64,000 bases of DNA from Acidobacteriota bacterium. Lineage in GTDB: Bacteria > Acidobacteriota > Vicinamibacteria > Vicinamibacterales > JAKQTR01. Below the pieces are notes generated by a model that worked only from the letters and a program-made list of their open reading frames with translations, was not told where the DNA came from and ran no database searches. The position numbers were made by a program, and so were the translations under genes. The stretch is from contig JBFMFH010000056.1 in assembly GCA_040752275.1 (NCBI GenBank), forward strand, positions 13,015 to 77,014, read 5' to 3'. Position 1 is the first letter of the stretch. Every line of letters begins with the position of its first letter. Below are positions 62,711 to 64,000 of this stretch, one piece after another.

Positions 62711-64000
62711 CTAGAAGATGAACTTCACGCCGAAGCGGCCTTCCATCTGGCGCTGGAAGCCGTTGTCCTTCAGGAACAGCGGATTTTGAACGACGCCCTG
62801 GGCCGTGATGTACTGGTCGAAGCTGGCCTGCCCGGCGTACACCAGCGCCTCGTCCGGCACGATGCCGTTTGAGTCGTGATACGTGCTGAACCGGTTGACG
62901 GCCGTCTTCTGGTTGAAGAGGTTGAGCACGTTCAAGCTCACCTGCAGCCTCCGGCCGTTGGCGAATCTGAACTCGTGCTGCACGTAAATGTCGGTCTGCG
63001 AGAAGACCGGCGTGCGGCCGTCGCTCAACCGGCCCTTGTACTGCACGGGCAGGTTGTTGGGCGGGTAGACGCCAAGCTCACGGGTCACCGGGAGACCGCT
63101 GGCTCCGTAGAAGTTGGCGCCGACGCTCGTGCCGAAGTCGAACACGTACAGCGCCTGCACCTTGACCTGGTGTGGCCGATCGGTCGGCAACAGGCCGTAG
63201 ACTGCCTGGCCCTTCTCATCGAACATCATGAGCGGGTAATCGAACACGCGGCCGACGTTCGGGCTGGTCCGGCCGTTCTCGTCCGACTGGGACAGCCCGG
63301 AGTAGTTGCCCCACAACCGGCTCCACATGTAGCTGGCGCGGAGCGACCAGTTGTCGGAGAGCAACTTGTTGTAGGTGAACTCCACGCTGTCGTACTGGCG
63401 CTTCGCCTTCGGGTACGGCACACCCGGATAGGCGAAGGCGGCCAGACCGAAGCCCGGGTTGGCGATGATGTAGATCTCGTTCTGGTTGGCATCGAGCGCG
63501 CCGGTGTCCTCGATGGCCTTCACCAGGTGCTTGTGCACGTAGCGCACGCCGAGCGCCTGGTTTGCCGCCAACTGGTGGTCGAAGCCGAAGGCGGCTTCCT
63601 GCATCTGCATCGGCTTCAGATCGGGCTCGACGTAGTCGGCGCCGAGGCCGACATGCCGGAAGTCGATCGGCCCGCGAATCAGTCTGCCGGAGCACGGCGT
63701 CGAGGGCGTCGGGCCGCTCGGGCACGGCGTGAGCAGCGTGTTGTAGTCGAAGGTGTCGAGCGTGTAGTAGTACTCGAGCCACCGGTCACCGCCCCACGAT
63801 CCGCGGGGCAGTTCGAGCTTGAAGATGTCGTAGAAGATGCCCCACGAGCCGTAGGCCTTCCAGCGGCCGTCGCCCTTGAGGTCGTAGGCGAAGCCCACGC
63901 GCGGGGCGAGCTTGTCCTTGAAGCCCCACTCGACGCCGTATTTCGGCACCGTGGGATCCCCAGTGACATAAGTCGGTACCTTCTCCTGCTCGGTCCGGAT
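62711..64000 (-). CDS. TonB-dependent receptor / large outer-membrane beta-barrel, C-terminal part (5' end outside the window)
   Basis: The frame is open to the window edge. The barrel has aromatic-rich strand patterning and ends in the terminal GVKFIF motif. Confidence 0.8.
   Translation of the reverse strand: MRTEQEKVPTYVTGDPTVPKYGVEWGFKDKLAPRVGFAYDLKGDGRWKAYGSWGIFYDIFKLELPRGSWGGDRWLEYYYTLDTFDYNTLLTPCPSGPTPSTPCSGRLIRGPIDFRHVGLGADYVEPDLKPMQMQEAAFGFDHQLAANQALGVRYVHKHLVKAIEDTGALDANQNEIYIIANPGFGLAAFAYPGVPYPKAKRQYDSVEFTYNKLLSDNWSLRASYMWSRLWGNYSGLSQSDENGRTSPNVGRVFDYPLMMFDEKGQAVYGLLPTDRPHQVKVQALYVFDFGTSVGANFYGASGLPVTRELGVYPPNNLPVQYKGRLSDGRTPVFSQTDIYVQHEFRFANGRRLQVSLNVLNLFNQKTAVNRFSTYHDSNGIVPDEALVYAGQASFDQYITAQGVVQNPLFLKDNGFQRQMEGRFGVKFIF

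Overview
Visibly GC-rich (not computed), gene-dense chromosomal segment from a diderm bacterium: it encodes several outer-membrane beta-barrels and a TonB-dependent receptor. The phylum cannot be fixed without a database search. I support about 57 protein genes, one tmRNA (ssrA) and one clear intrinsic terminator. I see no rRNA, tRNA, CRISPR array, integrase or transposase.

Layout by position:
- 1-9.6 kb: a fused S9/M1 peptidase, a NarL-type two-component pair, two GspG-like pseudopilins, an FKBP lipoprotein, an OMP and a hemerythrin.
- 9.9-15.7 kb: an accessory patch abutting ssrA. It holds HicAB, AbiEi/AbiEii, DUF433/DUF5615, DUF559, a GIY-YIG protein and gene remnants. Part of it is bracketed by a 24-nt duplication of the ssrA 3' end.
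- 16-35.6 kb: envelope functions, namely a lytic transglycosylase, three large GT-C-like membrane proteins, a heterodimeric ABC exporter, an ECF sigma/anti-sigma/DUF4097 module and an M4 protease.
- 35.7-43.0 kb: a tandemly duplicated, translationally coupled HEAT-repeat/HD-GYP four-gene operon. This is my top candidate for an undescribed c-di-GMP-linked system.
- 43-50 kb: nucleoside salvage and housekeeping genes (deoA, nupC, PNP, cdd, mtnA, tsaD, yjbQ, NUDIX).
- 50-64 kb: transporters (TauE-like, gltS, a doubled ABC-2 cassette, cstA), a PilZ protein, an aldehyde dehydrogenase and a partial TonB-dependent receptor.

A second window-wide signal is a set of period-7 (heptanucleotide) tandem arrays. 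They sit right after stop codons and in intergenic DNA, and some are joined to a conserved GTCGCGC-N5-GCGCGAC hairpin.

Many long ORFs in the six-frame track are antisense or out-of-frame artefacts of the GC-rich sequence and were rejected. All family assignments come from motif recognition by eye, not from searches.
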